From the NCBI GenBank assembly GCA_016763695.1, contig JAESTH010000158.1, positions 225 through 64,224 on the forward strand: DNA of 64,000 nucleotides, read 5' to 3'. The position numbers were made by a program, and so were the translations under genes. The first letter of the stretch is position 1, and each line of letters opens with the position of its first letter. Below, piece after piece: positions 18,972 to 27,443 of this stretch. The DNA comes from Alcanivoracaceae bacterium (GTDB lineage: Bacteria > Pseudomonadota > Gammaproteobacteria > Xanthomonadales > Marinicellaceae). The notes beneath the pieces were generated by a model. It searched no databases and had not been told where the DNA came from. It saw nothing but the letters and a program-made list of their open reading frames with translations.

Positions 18972-20879
18972 TCACAACATTAATCTGTTCATTCTTTTTA
19001 CAAAAGCAGAAGGATCTTCCAGTTGACCACCTTCTGATAATAAAGCCTGGTCAAATACCAAAGAAGTCCAGTCAGAAAATTTATCATCATCTTTTTCAGT
19101 TTGCAATTTTTTGAAAAGTACGTGATCAATGTTGATTTCTAGTGTAGGTTTACTACTTGGAACTGCTTGACCTGCCTGTTTCATTAATTGTTGCATATAC
19201 AATGCCATGTCCTGATCATTAAGTACAATGCAGGCTGCTGAATCAGTCAAACGTGATGAAATCTTGATTTTCTCTACTTTATCGGTTAAGATTTTTTCCA
19301 TTTTTTCAATCACATCCTTATGATCTTTTTCAGCTTTTTCTACTGCTTTTTTGTCTTTGTCAGTGTCCAGCTTATCTAAATCACCTTTGGCAACAGACTG
19401 CAATTTTTTACCGTCAAATTCGGTTAAACCATTCACTAACCACTCATCAATGCGATCATGTAACAATATGACTTCAATTTTCTTTTTCTTGAAGACTTCA
19501 AGATGAGGACTGTTTTTTGCTGTGTTATAACTATCAGCAGTGATGTAATAGATGTTTTCCTGATCGGAACCCATTCTTGCAACATAGTCTTCCAGCGATA
19601 CTGTTTGTTTATCATCGTCATTATGAGTTGAGGCAAACCTTAACAACTTAGACAAGTCTTCTTTGTTGCTGAAATCTTCCTGAATACCTTCTTTCATAAC
19701 AGAACCAAATTCATTCCAAAACTCTTGATACTTGGCAGCGTCACTATTCGCCATTCTCTTTAATAGAGTCAAAATCTTTTTAGTTGAGGCCCGTTTGATA
19801 GAGTCAATTACTTTGTTGCTCTGTAATATTTCGCGGCTGACATTCAATGGCAAATCGTTAGAATCAATAACGCCTTTAATGAAACGTAAATACCTTGGCA
19901 ATAGATTTTTGCTATCATCCATTATATAAGTACGTTGCACATAAAGCTTTAAGCCATGCTGAGCTTCTGGCTCCCATAAATCAAAGGGCGCTTTAGCAGG
20001 GATGTAAAGTAATGAAGTGTACTCATACTTCCCTTCAACTTGACTATGTGACCAGGTTAGTGGTTCGTTCCAGTCATGTGAAACAGTTTTATAAAATTCC
20101 TTATAATCTTCATCTTTTAGCTCGGTTTTTGGCAATGTCCACAATGCTTTGGCTTTATTGACCTGTTTCCATTCAGTTATTGTGGCTTTTTCTTTATTTT
20201 CATCTGCTTTTTCACCGTCCTTCTCATCATCACTTTCAACTTCAGTTGTTTCAAGCATCATAATAGGTACCGACAAGTGATCGGCATATTTAGTGATAAT
20301 TGACTTTAATCTGTATTCAGCAGCAAATTCCTTCTCATCATCTTTTAAGTGTAAAGTTACTTCGGTGCCTTTACCTTCATAGTTGGTTTCTTCAATGGTG
20401 AATTCGGACTCACCTGTTGATTCCCATAATACGCCAGTTTTCTTACCCGCTTTGCGGGTTCTTAATGTGACTTTATCCGCAACAATAAATGAAGAATAAA
20501 AACCAACACCAAACTGTCCAATCATTTGTGAGTCTTTAGCCTTATCACCTGTTAATTTATTCAAAAACTCTTTGGTTCCTGATTTTGCGATGGTGCCGAT
20601 ATTGTCAATCACTTCGCTGCGAGTCATTCCAATACCATTATCACGGATGGTAACAGTGTTTTTATCTGCATCAAACTCGATTTCAATTCTTAGCTCTTTG
20701 TCGCCTTCATTTAAGGAATCATCACTTAAAGCGGCAAAACGCAGTTTGTCACAAGCATCACTTGCATTAGAGATTAACTCACGTAAAAATATTTCTTTGT
20801 TTGAATACAGAGAATGTATCATCAAATGTAATAACTGACTCACCTCAGTTTGAAACTGTAAATTTTCTTTTTTAGCCAT
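18972..20879 (-). CDS. htpG: molecular chaperone HtpG (Hsp90)
   Basis: Motifs ELISNASDACDKLR and GQFGVGFYS. About 635 aa counted from MAKKENLQFQTEV. The ORF-track start at 20936 adds 19 non-conserved residues. Confidence 0.9.
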   Translation of the reverse strand: MAKKENLQFQTEVSQLLHLMIHSLYSNKEIFLRELISNASDACDKLRFAALSDDSLNEGDKELRIEIEFDADKNTVTIRDNGIGMTRSEVIDNIGTIAKSGTKEFLNKLTGDKAKDSQMIGQFGVGFYSSFIVADKVTLRTRKAGKKTGVLWESTGESEFTIEETNYEGKGTEVTLHLKDDEKEFAAEYRLKSIITKYADHLSVPIMMLETTEVESDDEKDGEKADENKEKATITEWKQVNKAKALWTLPKTELKDEDYKEFYKTVSHDWNEPLTWSHSQVEGKYEYTSLLYIPAKAPFDLWEPEAQHGLKLYVQRTYIMDDSKNLLPRYLRFIKGVIDSNDLPLNVSREILQSNKVIDSIKRASTKKILTLLKRMANSDAAKYQEFWNEFGSVMKEGIQEDFSNKEDLSKLLRFASTHNDDDKQTVSLEDYVARMGSDQENIYYITADSYNTAKNSPHLEVFKKKKIEVILLHDRIDEWLVNGLTEFDGKKLQSVAKGDLDKLDTDKDKKAVEKAEKDHKDVIEKMEKILTDKVEKIKISSRLTDSAACIVLNDQDMALYMQQLMKQAGQAVPSSKPTLEINIDHVLFKKLQTEKDDDKFSDWTSLVFDQALLSEGGQLEDPSAFVKRMNRLML

Positions 20880-20966
20880 GGTTTTCCATATATTAATTAA
20901 TTGCGGATAATATAAGGACAGGCATTTATTTATCAAGCGTAAAATTTCATAAAGATGGTCAATATA

Positions 20967-21230
20967 TTAATTGCCACCAATTGTATAAGCAATAACAATT
21001 GTTGAACAAACTGTTGTTAACCAACCATACATGATAACACGCCATAGCAGAGAAACACCTCGCAGCTCCATAAATTCTCGCATGATCAATAGGCCTTTTA
21101 TAAAAGCACTGATAATTAAAAATAGTACGACGAGTAAACCGCTGGAGTTAAAATGACCAAACATGTAGGTACTTATTGTTAGTAGGATAAGTAATATCAA
21201 AATGGTGTGAATATTGTAGATTTTTTTCAT
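20967..21230 (-). CDS. small membrane protein, prokaryotic cytochrome c oxidase subunit IV-like
   Basis: 87 aa with 3 TM helices. It lies directly downstream of a subunit III-like gene. The family call is tentative. Confidence 0.45.
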   Translation of the reverse strand: MKKIYNIHTILILLILLTISTYMFGHFNSSGLLVVLFLIISAFIKGLLIMREFMELRGVSLLWRVIMYGWLTTVCSTIVIAYTIGGN

Positions 21231-21245
21231 GATTTGAAGACTTGT

Positions 21246-21812
21246 CTATCGAATAATATAAATTAAGGGGAATAATATGATCCAAACCAGGTCAACCATA
21301 TGCCAATAGGCGCCACCTGTTTCAACACCAATATAATCTTGTGAACTATATTTGCCTCTTTGGGCTTTTATAGCGATAGCCAGTAAAATGATCATCCCCA
21401 AGATAACATGCATATAGTGAAAAATGGTTAATGACAGGTAGAACATATAGAAAGTGTTGGTATCCAGACTAATTCCTGCAGAAAATTTATCCTGAAATTC
21501 ATAAGTCTTGAGAACTAAAAAAAGCCCACCACAGATTAACGCAGCATAGATAAAATGGTAGCATTGTTTGATCTGGTTTAATTTAATAGCCCTAACAGCT
21601 CTGACCACAAAATAACTGGAAGTGATTAATAAAATGGTGTTTATTGCACCAGTTTCACGATTTAAGCTTAATTGATAATGATTGAACATGTCAATATTTT
21701 GTACGCGCACCACAGCATAGCTTATAAAAAATATACCAAAGACCAATAATTCTGCAAAGATAAAAATCCAGATAGCAAAATCTCCAGGCAGCAACCTGGT
21801 TTCATTTTTCAT
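21246..21812 (-). CDS. heme-copper oxidase subunit III family protein (NorE-like)
   Basis: 188 aa with 5 TM helices. It has an N-terminal PGDFAIWIFIFAELLVFG and a C-terminal WHMVDLVWIILFP, both typical of COX3/NorE proteins. Confidence 0.65.
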   Translation of the reverse strand: MKNETRLLPGDFAIWIFIFAELLVFGIFFISYAVVRVQNIDMFNHYQLSLNRETGAINTILLITSSYFVVRAVRAIKLNQIKQCYHFIYAALICGGLFLVLKTYEFQDKFSAGISLDTNTFYMFYLSLTIFHYMHVILGMIILLAIAIKAQRGKYSSQDYIGVETGGAYWHMVDLVWIILFPLIYIIR

Positions 21813-21975
21813 CGTTTAAAGACACCGTAAATAATAGTTATGTGTCGATTATAATGTACTGCAAAAAAATAATATTGATATTGATCAAGAGATAAAATTG
21901 ACAAAGAAAAAATAAAATCAGGATCAGAATAAAATTAATGATTGAAATGTCATTTTTCCCTCTAATCCCCGTCAT

Positions 21976-24900
21976 TTAGTTATTGGCTTTATTACCAAAT
22001 CTGGATAAATACCAAAAATACAATACAGGTATCAATATCAGGGTCAGCATGGTGGATATCAATATGCCGCTGATTAGTGAGACGGCCAAACCATTGAATA
22101 TAGGATCGTCAAGGATGAAGAAAGCCCCCATCATGGCAGCCACGCCTGTTAGAATAATTGGCTTGGCACGGACTTTGGCGGAGTCAATAACAGCTTGCTC
22201 TAATGGATTTCCTGCATTCACCTGTATGGAAATAAAATCCACCAGTAATATAGAATTACGTACTATTATGCCTGCCAGTGCGATCATACCAATCATAGAC
22301 GTCGCTGTGAACTGTGCACCAGCAATCCAGTGACCTGGCATGACACCAATAATGGTTAATGGAATCGGTGCCATGATAATAAGTGGCACAAAATAGGAGC
22401 TAAATTGAGCCACGATCAATAAATAAATTAAAATCAGGCCAATGCCATAGGCGATACCCATATCTCTAAATGTTTCATAGGTAATTTGCCATTCACCTTC
22501 CCATTTAATCTTGGGTTGATTAACAAATTGTGGAGCGTCAATATATAATTGTTTGATTGTTTCATGCTCATTAATTTTATCGACCAGATCAAACATCCCA
22601 TATAATGGCGAATCCTGAAACCCTGACATATTGGCAGTGACAAAAGACACGGGCAATAAATCCTTATGGTAAATGGTGTTTTCCCATGTACTTTGTTGAA
22701 TGCTGATGACCTCATCTAAAATAACACTGTTACCCGATGTATTTTGAATGGGTATATTTAGTAGCGTTTGTAAATCATTTTGCCTATTGGCGGGGATTTC
22801 CATCCGAATAGGGGTGCTGTATTTGTTATTTGGGTTGTGTAGAAAACTAATATCTGTACCACTCAGAGCGGTTTGTATGGTTTTTGCTATGGCGGCCTGT
22901 GAAATTCCCAACTGGCTGGCCTTGGCTCTATCTATAACAATTATTTCTCGTAAACTGGCAGTCTCTATTGATGTGTCAACATCCACAATACCTTGAGTTT
23001 GTTTAAATATCTGTTCCACACTTTGTGCTGTTACTTTCCTCATGGCATCTGATTGTCCATAAATTTCAGCAACTATGGGGGATTGTACTGGCGGTCCTGG
23101 TGGAACTTCGACAATTTTCGCTATGGCGTTATGAGACTGGGCAATTTTGGTGATTTCTTCTCTCATTGCTACGGCTATTTCATGGCTTTTTCTAGTGCGT
23201 TGATGTTTGTCAGTCAGGGTGACCTGGATATCACCCATGTTGGGCGCTTCTCTGAGAAAGTATTGACGTACCAGGCCATTAAAATTAATTGGGGATGCCG
23301 TTCCTGCATAGGCAACCATGTGTTCTATTTCTGGAATACTTTTAAGGTATTCGCCCACTTCTATCATTACCTGATTGGTGGTTTCCAGTGTGGTTCCTTC
23401 TTGAGTATCCACTACAACCTGTATTTCTGATTTATTATCAAAAGGCAACAATTTTAAAATAACTTGTTGGTTCGGTACCAGTAATACTGATAAAAGCATA
23501 AGGAAAACAACCCCAATAACCAGTAAATAACGGTTGAGTTTACCTTGTTTGTTAGTTTGTAAAAAGGGCGTCATGAGTTTACTAAATATACTCGTTTTAC
23601 TGTTATCTTTTTCACTGTGATGGATTTTGTTACCAATAATTTTTCTAAATAACCAGGGAGTCACGATCAGAGCAATGATCAATGATAATAACATTCCCAT
23701 ACTGGCATTGATGGGGATAGGGCTCATGTAAGGACCCATCAAACCTGTGACAAATGCCATTGGCATCAGTGCGGCTATCACAGTAAAAGTGGCTAATATG
23801 GTTGGCCCCCCGACTTCATCAACTGCCAATGGGATGAGTTCTGATAATTTCCTTTTCCCCAATGATAAATGTCGGTGAATGTTTTCAACAATGACCACAG
23901 CGTCATCAACCAAAATTCCAATAGAAAATATGAGGGCAAATAAAGATACGCGATTTAAAGTAAAGCCATATGCCCATGAGGCAAACAGTGTCACGGCTAG
24001 GGTGATTGATACTGCCAGACCAACAACGATGGCTTCACGCCAGCCCAAAAATATCATGATCAGCACTACCACTGATACTGTTGCAAAGGCAAGTTTAGTC
24101 ATTAGCTTTTTGGCCTTGTCATCCGCTGTTTTGCCATAGTTACGGGTGATTTCTACATGTACATCATCAGGAATATAGCTGGATTTCAATTGCTCAGTAG
24201 CATTGATAACGGCATTGGCAATGTCAACCGCATTGGTGCCTGCTTTTTTACCAATTGCATGAGTTACAGCTGGCGCAAAATTAGGTTTTCCAGCCCCTTT
24301 CCATGCCGAACCAGCCGTTATCCAGACATAGTTTTCAGGGGTGTCAGGGCCATCTTTGATGGTAGCAATGTCGGTTAAATAGACAGGCATGCCATTTTTT
24401 ACGGTGACCACTAAATCTTTGATGTCTTCAATGTTGGCCAGCAATGTTCCCGTTGCCACTGGTATGGTCTGATTGTTGGTGACTCTATAACCAGAGTGAG
24501 TGGCCATATTGTTGCTTTTTAGGGCTTGTTCTATGCTGTTGAAATCCAGATTGTAGGCAGATAAATCTTCAGGGTTAAGTAATATATGCACCACATGCTG
24601 TGGGCCTCCTGTCGTCTGCACCAGTCTGGTATCGGAAATACGCTTGATTTCGGCCTCTAAGGCATGGGAAACCTGTTGTAATTCATAACTGCCTTTTTGT
24701 GGGTTGTCACTCCAGAATGTTACGGTGTCAATGGGTACGTCATCTATGCCCATGGGTTTTATTAGGGGTTGTGATGCACCCAGTGCAAGAGGCAGCCAAT
24801 CTGAATTGGAGTGGATTTCATTATACAAGCTGACTATGGCATCTTTTCTTTTTATGCCCACTTTAAACTGCACACTGATAATGGCCATACCAGGTTTAGA

Positions 24901-25164
24901 GGTTGAATATACATGCTTGATGTTGGCAATTGAGTCTAATACCTGTTCAGCTGGGTAGGAGATTAAATTTTCCACTTCTTTGGCACTGGCTCCTGGTAGG
25001 GCGATATAGACATTGGCAAAAGTGACATCTATTTGTGGCTCTTCTTCTCTTGGTGTCACATACACCGCAAAAATCCCAAGAAGTACCATAACGATTGCAA
25101 TCAAAGGTGTAATTGGGTTGGTCTGAAACTTATCAGCCAGTTTTCCTGAAAGTGAATATTTCAT
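21976..25164 (-). CDS. RND efflux transporter permease (AcrB/AcrD/AcrF family)
   Basis: 1062 aa with 12-TM topology and two large periplasmic loops. It has conserved RND TM4 (ALIFSIGILVDDAVVIVENI) and TM10 regions. Confidence 0.9.
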   Translation of the reverse strand: MKYSLSGKLADKFQTNPITPLIAIVMVLLGIFAVYVTPREEEPQIDVTFANVYIALPGASAKEVENLISYPAEQVLDSIANIKHVYSTSKPGMAIISVQFKVGIKRKDAIVSLYNEIHSNSDWLPLALGASQPLIKPMGIDDVPIDTVTFWSDNPQKGSYELQQVSHALEAEIKRISDTRLVQTTGGPQHVVHILLNPEDLSAYNLDFNSIEQALKSNNMATHSGYRVTNNQTIPVATGTLLANIEDIKDLVVTVKNGMPVYLTDIATIKDGPDTPENYVWITAGSAWKGAGKPNFAPAVTHAIGKKAGTNAVDIANAVINATEQLKSSYIPDDVHVEITRNYGKTADDKAKKLMTKLAFATVSVVVLIMIFLGWREAIVVGLAVSITLAVTLFASWAYGFTLNRVSLFALIFSIGILVDDAVVIVENIHRHLSLGKRKLSELIPLAVDEVGGPTILATFTVIAALMPMAFVTGLMGPYMSPIPINASMGMLLSLIIALIVTPWLFRKIIGNKIHHSEKDNSKTSIFSKLMTPFLQTNKQGKLNRYLLVIGVVFLMLLSVLLVPNQQVILKLLPFDNKSEIQVVVDTQEGTTLETTNQVMIEVGEYLKSIPEIEHMVAYAGTASPINFNGLVRQYFLREAPNMGDIQVTLTDKHQRTRKSHEIAVAMREEITKIAQSHNAIAKIVEVPPGPPVQSPIVAEIYGQSDAMRKVTAQSVEQIFKQTQGIVDVDTSIETASLREIIVIDRAKASQLGISQAAIAKTIQTALSGTDISFLHNPNNKYSTPIRMEIPANRQNDLQTLLNIPIQNTSGNSVILDEVISIQQSTWENTIYHKDLLPVSFVTANMSGFQDSPLYGMFDLVDKINEHETIKQLYIDAPQFVNQPKIKWEGEWQITYETFRDMGIAYGIGLILIYLLIVAQFSSYFVPLIIMAPIPLTIIGVMPGHWIAGAQFTATSMIGMIALAGIIVRNSILLVDFISIQVNAGNPLEQAVIDSAKVRAKPIILTGVAAMMGAFFILDDPIFNGLAVSLISGILISTMLTLILIPVLYFWYLSRFGNKANN

Positions 25165-25166
25165 TA

Positions 25167-26159
25167 TTATTTTTCCGACAGTGGATGGATGAATACTTGT
25201 TCATTGATATTTAAACCAGCAATAATTTCGATATTTTTACCATGTATTACCCCCGTTTTTACATGCCTGAGTATTTTACTATTACCATGTTTGATGTATA
25301 CCATGGTTAATTCGCTGCGGATGATTAATGCAGTGGCAGGAATTAACAAGCGTTGCGTCTCAGCCACTTTGAACGCTACTTTGACAGTCATACCAGGGAA
25401 AAGCGGTGAGAATTGTTGAGTTTGTGATGTTTCTAGCTCTAATCTTGCTTTAAATGTACGGGTCAGTTTATCAGCATAGGGGAAGATGGTTATCGCTTGA
25501 GTTTGTATTTCATTGCCATCATTGATGATAATGGCTTGCGGATTTGATTTAACTTTATTGATGATTTTTTCAGGAATATTTGTGACTACTCTTAGTTGGT
25601 CGAGGCTCAAGCCTTCCATAATGGCTGTTCCTGGGTTGACTGTTTCACCCAGTTCTACATATCTGTGGATAACTATGCCATCATATGGTGCGCGAATGAT
25701 GGTATATTCCAGCTGTTTTTGAGAACTTATTACCGCAGCCTGTGCGGCTGAAGACTTGGCCTTTAATGCATTACGATTCGATAAGGATCGATCGAGTTCG
25801 CTTTTTGCGATCAATTTTTTGGCATAAATATCTTTAATTCTTACATAATCTGTCTGTGCCTGCTCATAGGCTATTTTAGCTGCTTGGGCATTGGCTGAGA
25901 CTTGTTCTAATTGGGCTTTTTGTTCAGTATTGGTAATCTCTACCACAATAGATCCTTTGGCAACAAAATCATCAACGTCATAGTTGAGTTTTGTAACCCT
26001 ACCGGTAGTTTGTGCAGAAACTGTGGCTTTATTGACGGCTTCCACTTCTCCATTTAATTGTCGATATATGTTTACTTTTTCTAGCTTGGTTACATGCCAT
26101 TGGGCATAAGTGACTGACTGTATTAACACAAGAGAAATTATAGTGATTACTTTTTTCAT
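25167..26159 (-). CDS. RND efflux periplasmic adaptor (membrane fusion protein)
   Basis: Signal peptide, a coiled-coil hairpin region, and beta-barrel motifs of HlyD/AcrA-type MFPs. It lies 2 nt upstream of the RND permease gene. Confidence 0.85.
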   Translation of the reverse strand: MKKVITIISLVLIQSVTYAQWHVTKLEKVNIYRQLNGEVEAVNKATVSAQTTGRVTKLNYDVDDFVAKGSIVVEITNTEQKAQLEQVSANAQAAKIAYEQAQTDYVRIKDIYAKKLIAKSELDRSLSNRNALKAKSSAAQAAVISSQKQLEYTIIRAPYDGIVIHRYVELGETVNPGTAIMEGLSLDQLRVVTNIPEKIINKVKSNPQAIIINDGNEIQTQAITIFPYADKLTRTFKARLELETSQTQQFSPLFPGMTVKVAFKVAETQRLLIPATALIIRSELTMVYIKHGNSKILRHVKTGVIHGKNIEIIAGLNINEQVFIHPLSEK

Positions 26160-26170
26160 GTATTGCTCAA

Positions 26171-26210
26171 TTAAAACGTTATATTAGGGTTAACTAATAT
26201 AACGTTTTAA
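26171..26210. promoter_or_regulatory. perfect 17-bp inverted repeat (TTAAAACGTTATATTAG-N6-CTAATATAACGTTTTAA), candidate operator or 5'-UTR hairpin of the RND operon
   Basis: The arms at 26171-26187 and 26194-26210 are exact reverse complements. The repeat ends 11 nt before the MFP start codon, in the divergent intergenic region. Confidence 0.5.
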
Positions 26211-26333
26211 CTCTTATTTTTCAAGTGTAGTTGTAGATTAAAATTACCTAAAACAGAATATCTGGTAGAAATTTATTTTGCTATTGTAAATACGAACTTT
26301 ATCGTTTATGATAAATTGATTCAATTTCAAGGC

Positions 26334-27443
26334 ATGCATATGTTACGTCTCAGTTTTTCAATGCTAATTATTATGGTATGTTCCAGCGTAACTGCCATAA
26401 CATATACGAATAACGAAATCAGCAATATTATCAACACTGACAATAGAGAAATATTATCCCGAAATTTCGTCAGGGGATTCTTTGTAGCCAGTGATCCAGC
26501 AAAATATATTGATGTTTTTATACAGGATAAAAATTTGACTGACAGTGTTTTGCTTAGGGAGTACCTGTTGAATATTTTATTGACTGAAGTTTCATATCAG
26601 CCCAAGCAACTGTTTCTGCAAAATTTTATTGATAATATGAAACAGTATCAGAGCCAGGCATTTAAAGTTCACCCAGAAGGCAGGATGGAAGTACCCGTCT
26701 ACAATATACAAGCTAGAGCACAGGGGGTTGAAAATATTTGGTCGGCTACAGAATCACTTTATTATTATAGTCATTTATTCAATAAAGATCCCATTCTGGC
26801 TATTGCACAATTAAGAAAAGAGTTTGATTCACTCACTGCGCCACAGTGGCTGGGTCTGAAAAATAGTATCGATAATATCAGTACTGAAAATCACCTTAAA
26901 TTGCAGGATTACTTGCTTGAAGATATTGAGCATTTGTTGGGGTTAGATAAGTTTGTTAGCCATTATGCTTTATTCACGGCAAATAAAGATTTGGTCAGTT
27001 TAGGTTTATTTCATTTTGATAAAAGTAACGGTGAGTTTTTGTTAAGAAGTCTTTCTGATTATTTTGCTGCTGATTTTGTTACGCAGCAACTTATCCATTC
27101 GGTAGCAGACAAAAAAAACCAGACATTCGCTATTTCCATGATGCAAACCTATCTGGATCAACGGGATAATATCAGGGACTCGTTATTTCTGTACCTAAAG
27201 GATAGTCAATTATCCAGTAATGCAGCGTTTGTATTATCAACCACGCAAGATAAAGGTACTTTAAATAGACTAAAAAGCAGCTATATAAACAGCCAATCAG
27301 AAATAGAGAAAAAACAGATTATATTTGCTTTAAAAATGAATAAATTAAATGAATCTGAGGTTATTCTCAACCGCCTCATCAGTAATAAGTCTAAAGCTGA
27401 CAAAAACATATGGCTCAACAGTTTTAAAAGGGAGTCAAAATGA
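26334..27443 (+). CDS. hypothetical secreted protein
   Basis: The ORF runs from TTG at 26316, and the first ATG is at 26334. It has a hydrophobic N-terminus. Its stop overlaps the next gene's start (ATGA at 27440-27443). Confidence 0.55.
   Translation: MHMLRLSFSMLIIMVCSSVTAITYTNNEISNIINTDNREILSRNFVRGFFVASDPAKYIDVFIQDKNLTDSVLLREYLLNILLTEVSYQPKQLFLQNFIDNMKQYQSQAFKVHPEGRMEVPVYNIQARAQGVENIWSATESLYYYSHLFNKDPILAIAQLRKEFDSLTAPQWLGLKNSIDNISTENHLKLQDYLLEDIEHLLGLDKFVSHYALFTANKDLVSLGLFHFDKSNGEFLLRSLSDYFAADFVTQQLIHSVADKKNQTFAISMMQTYLDQRDNIRDSLFLYLKDSQLSSNAAFVLSTTQDKGTLNRLKSSYINSQSEIEKKQIIFALKMNKLNESEVILNRLISNKSKADKNIWLNSFKRESK

Noticed and set aside
21976-26159. RND efflux pair as the dedicated exporter of the RiPP product.
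   Set aside because: The only support is proximity (8 kb away, on the far side of the M14 operon, outside the AT-rich block). The upstream motif is not shared and there is no established precedent. I left it as a speculation rather than a finding.
26334-27443. Possibility that the 375-aa hypothetical protein is a divergent LanC cyclase.
   Set aside because: It has no GxAHG, WCxG or CHG zinc-ligand motifs. It has a secretion signal, whereas LanC proteins are cytoplasmic.
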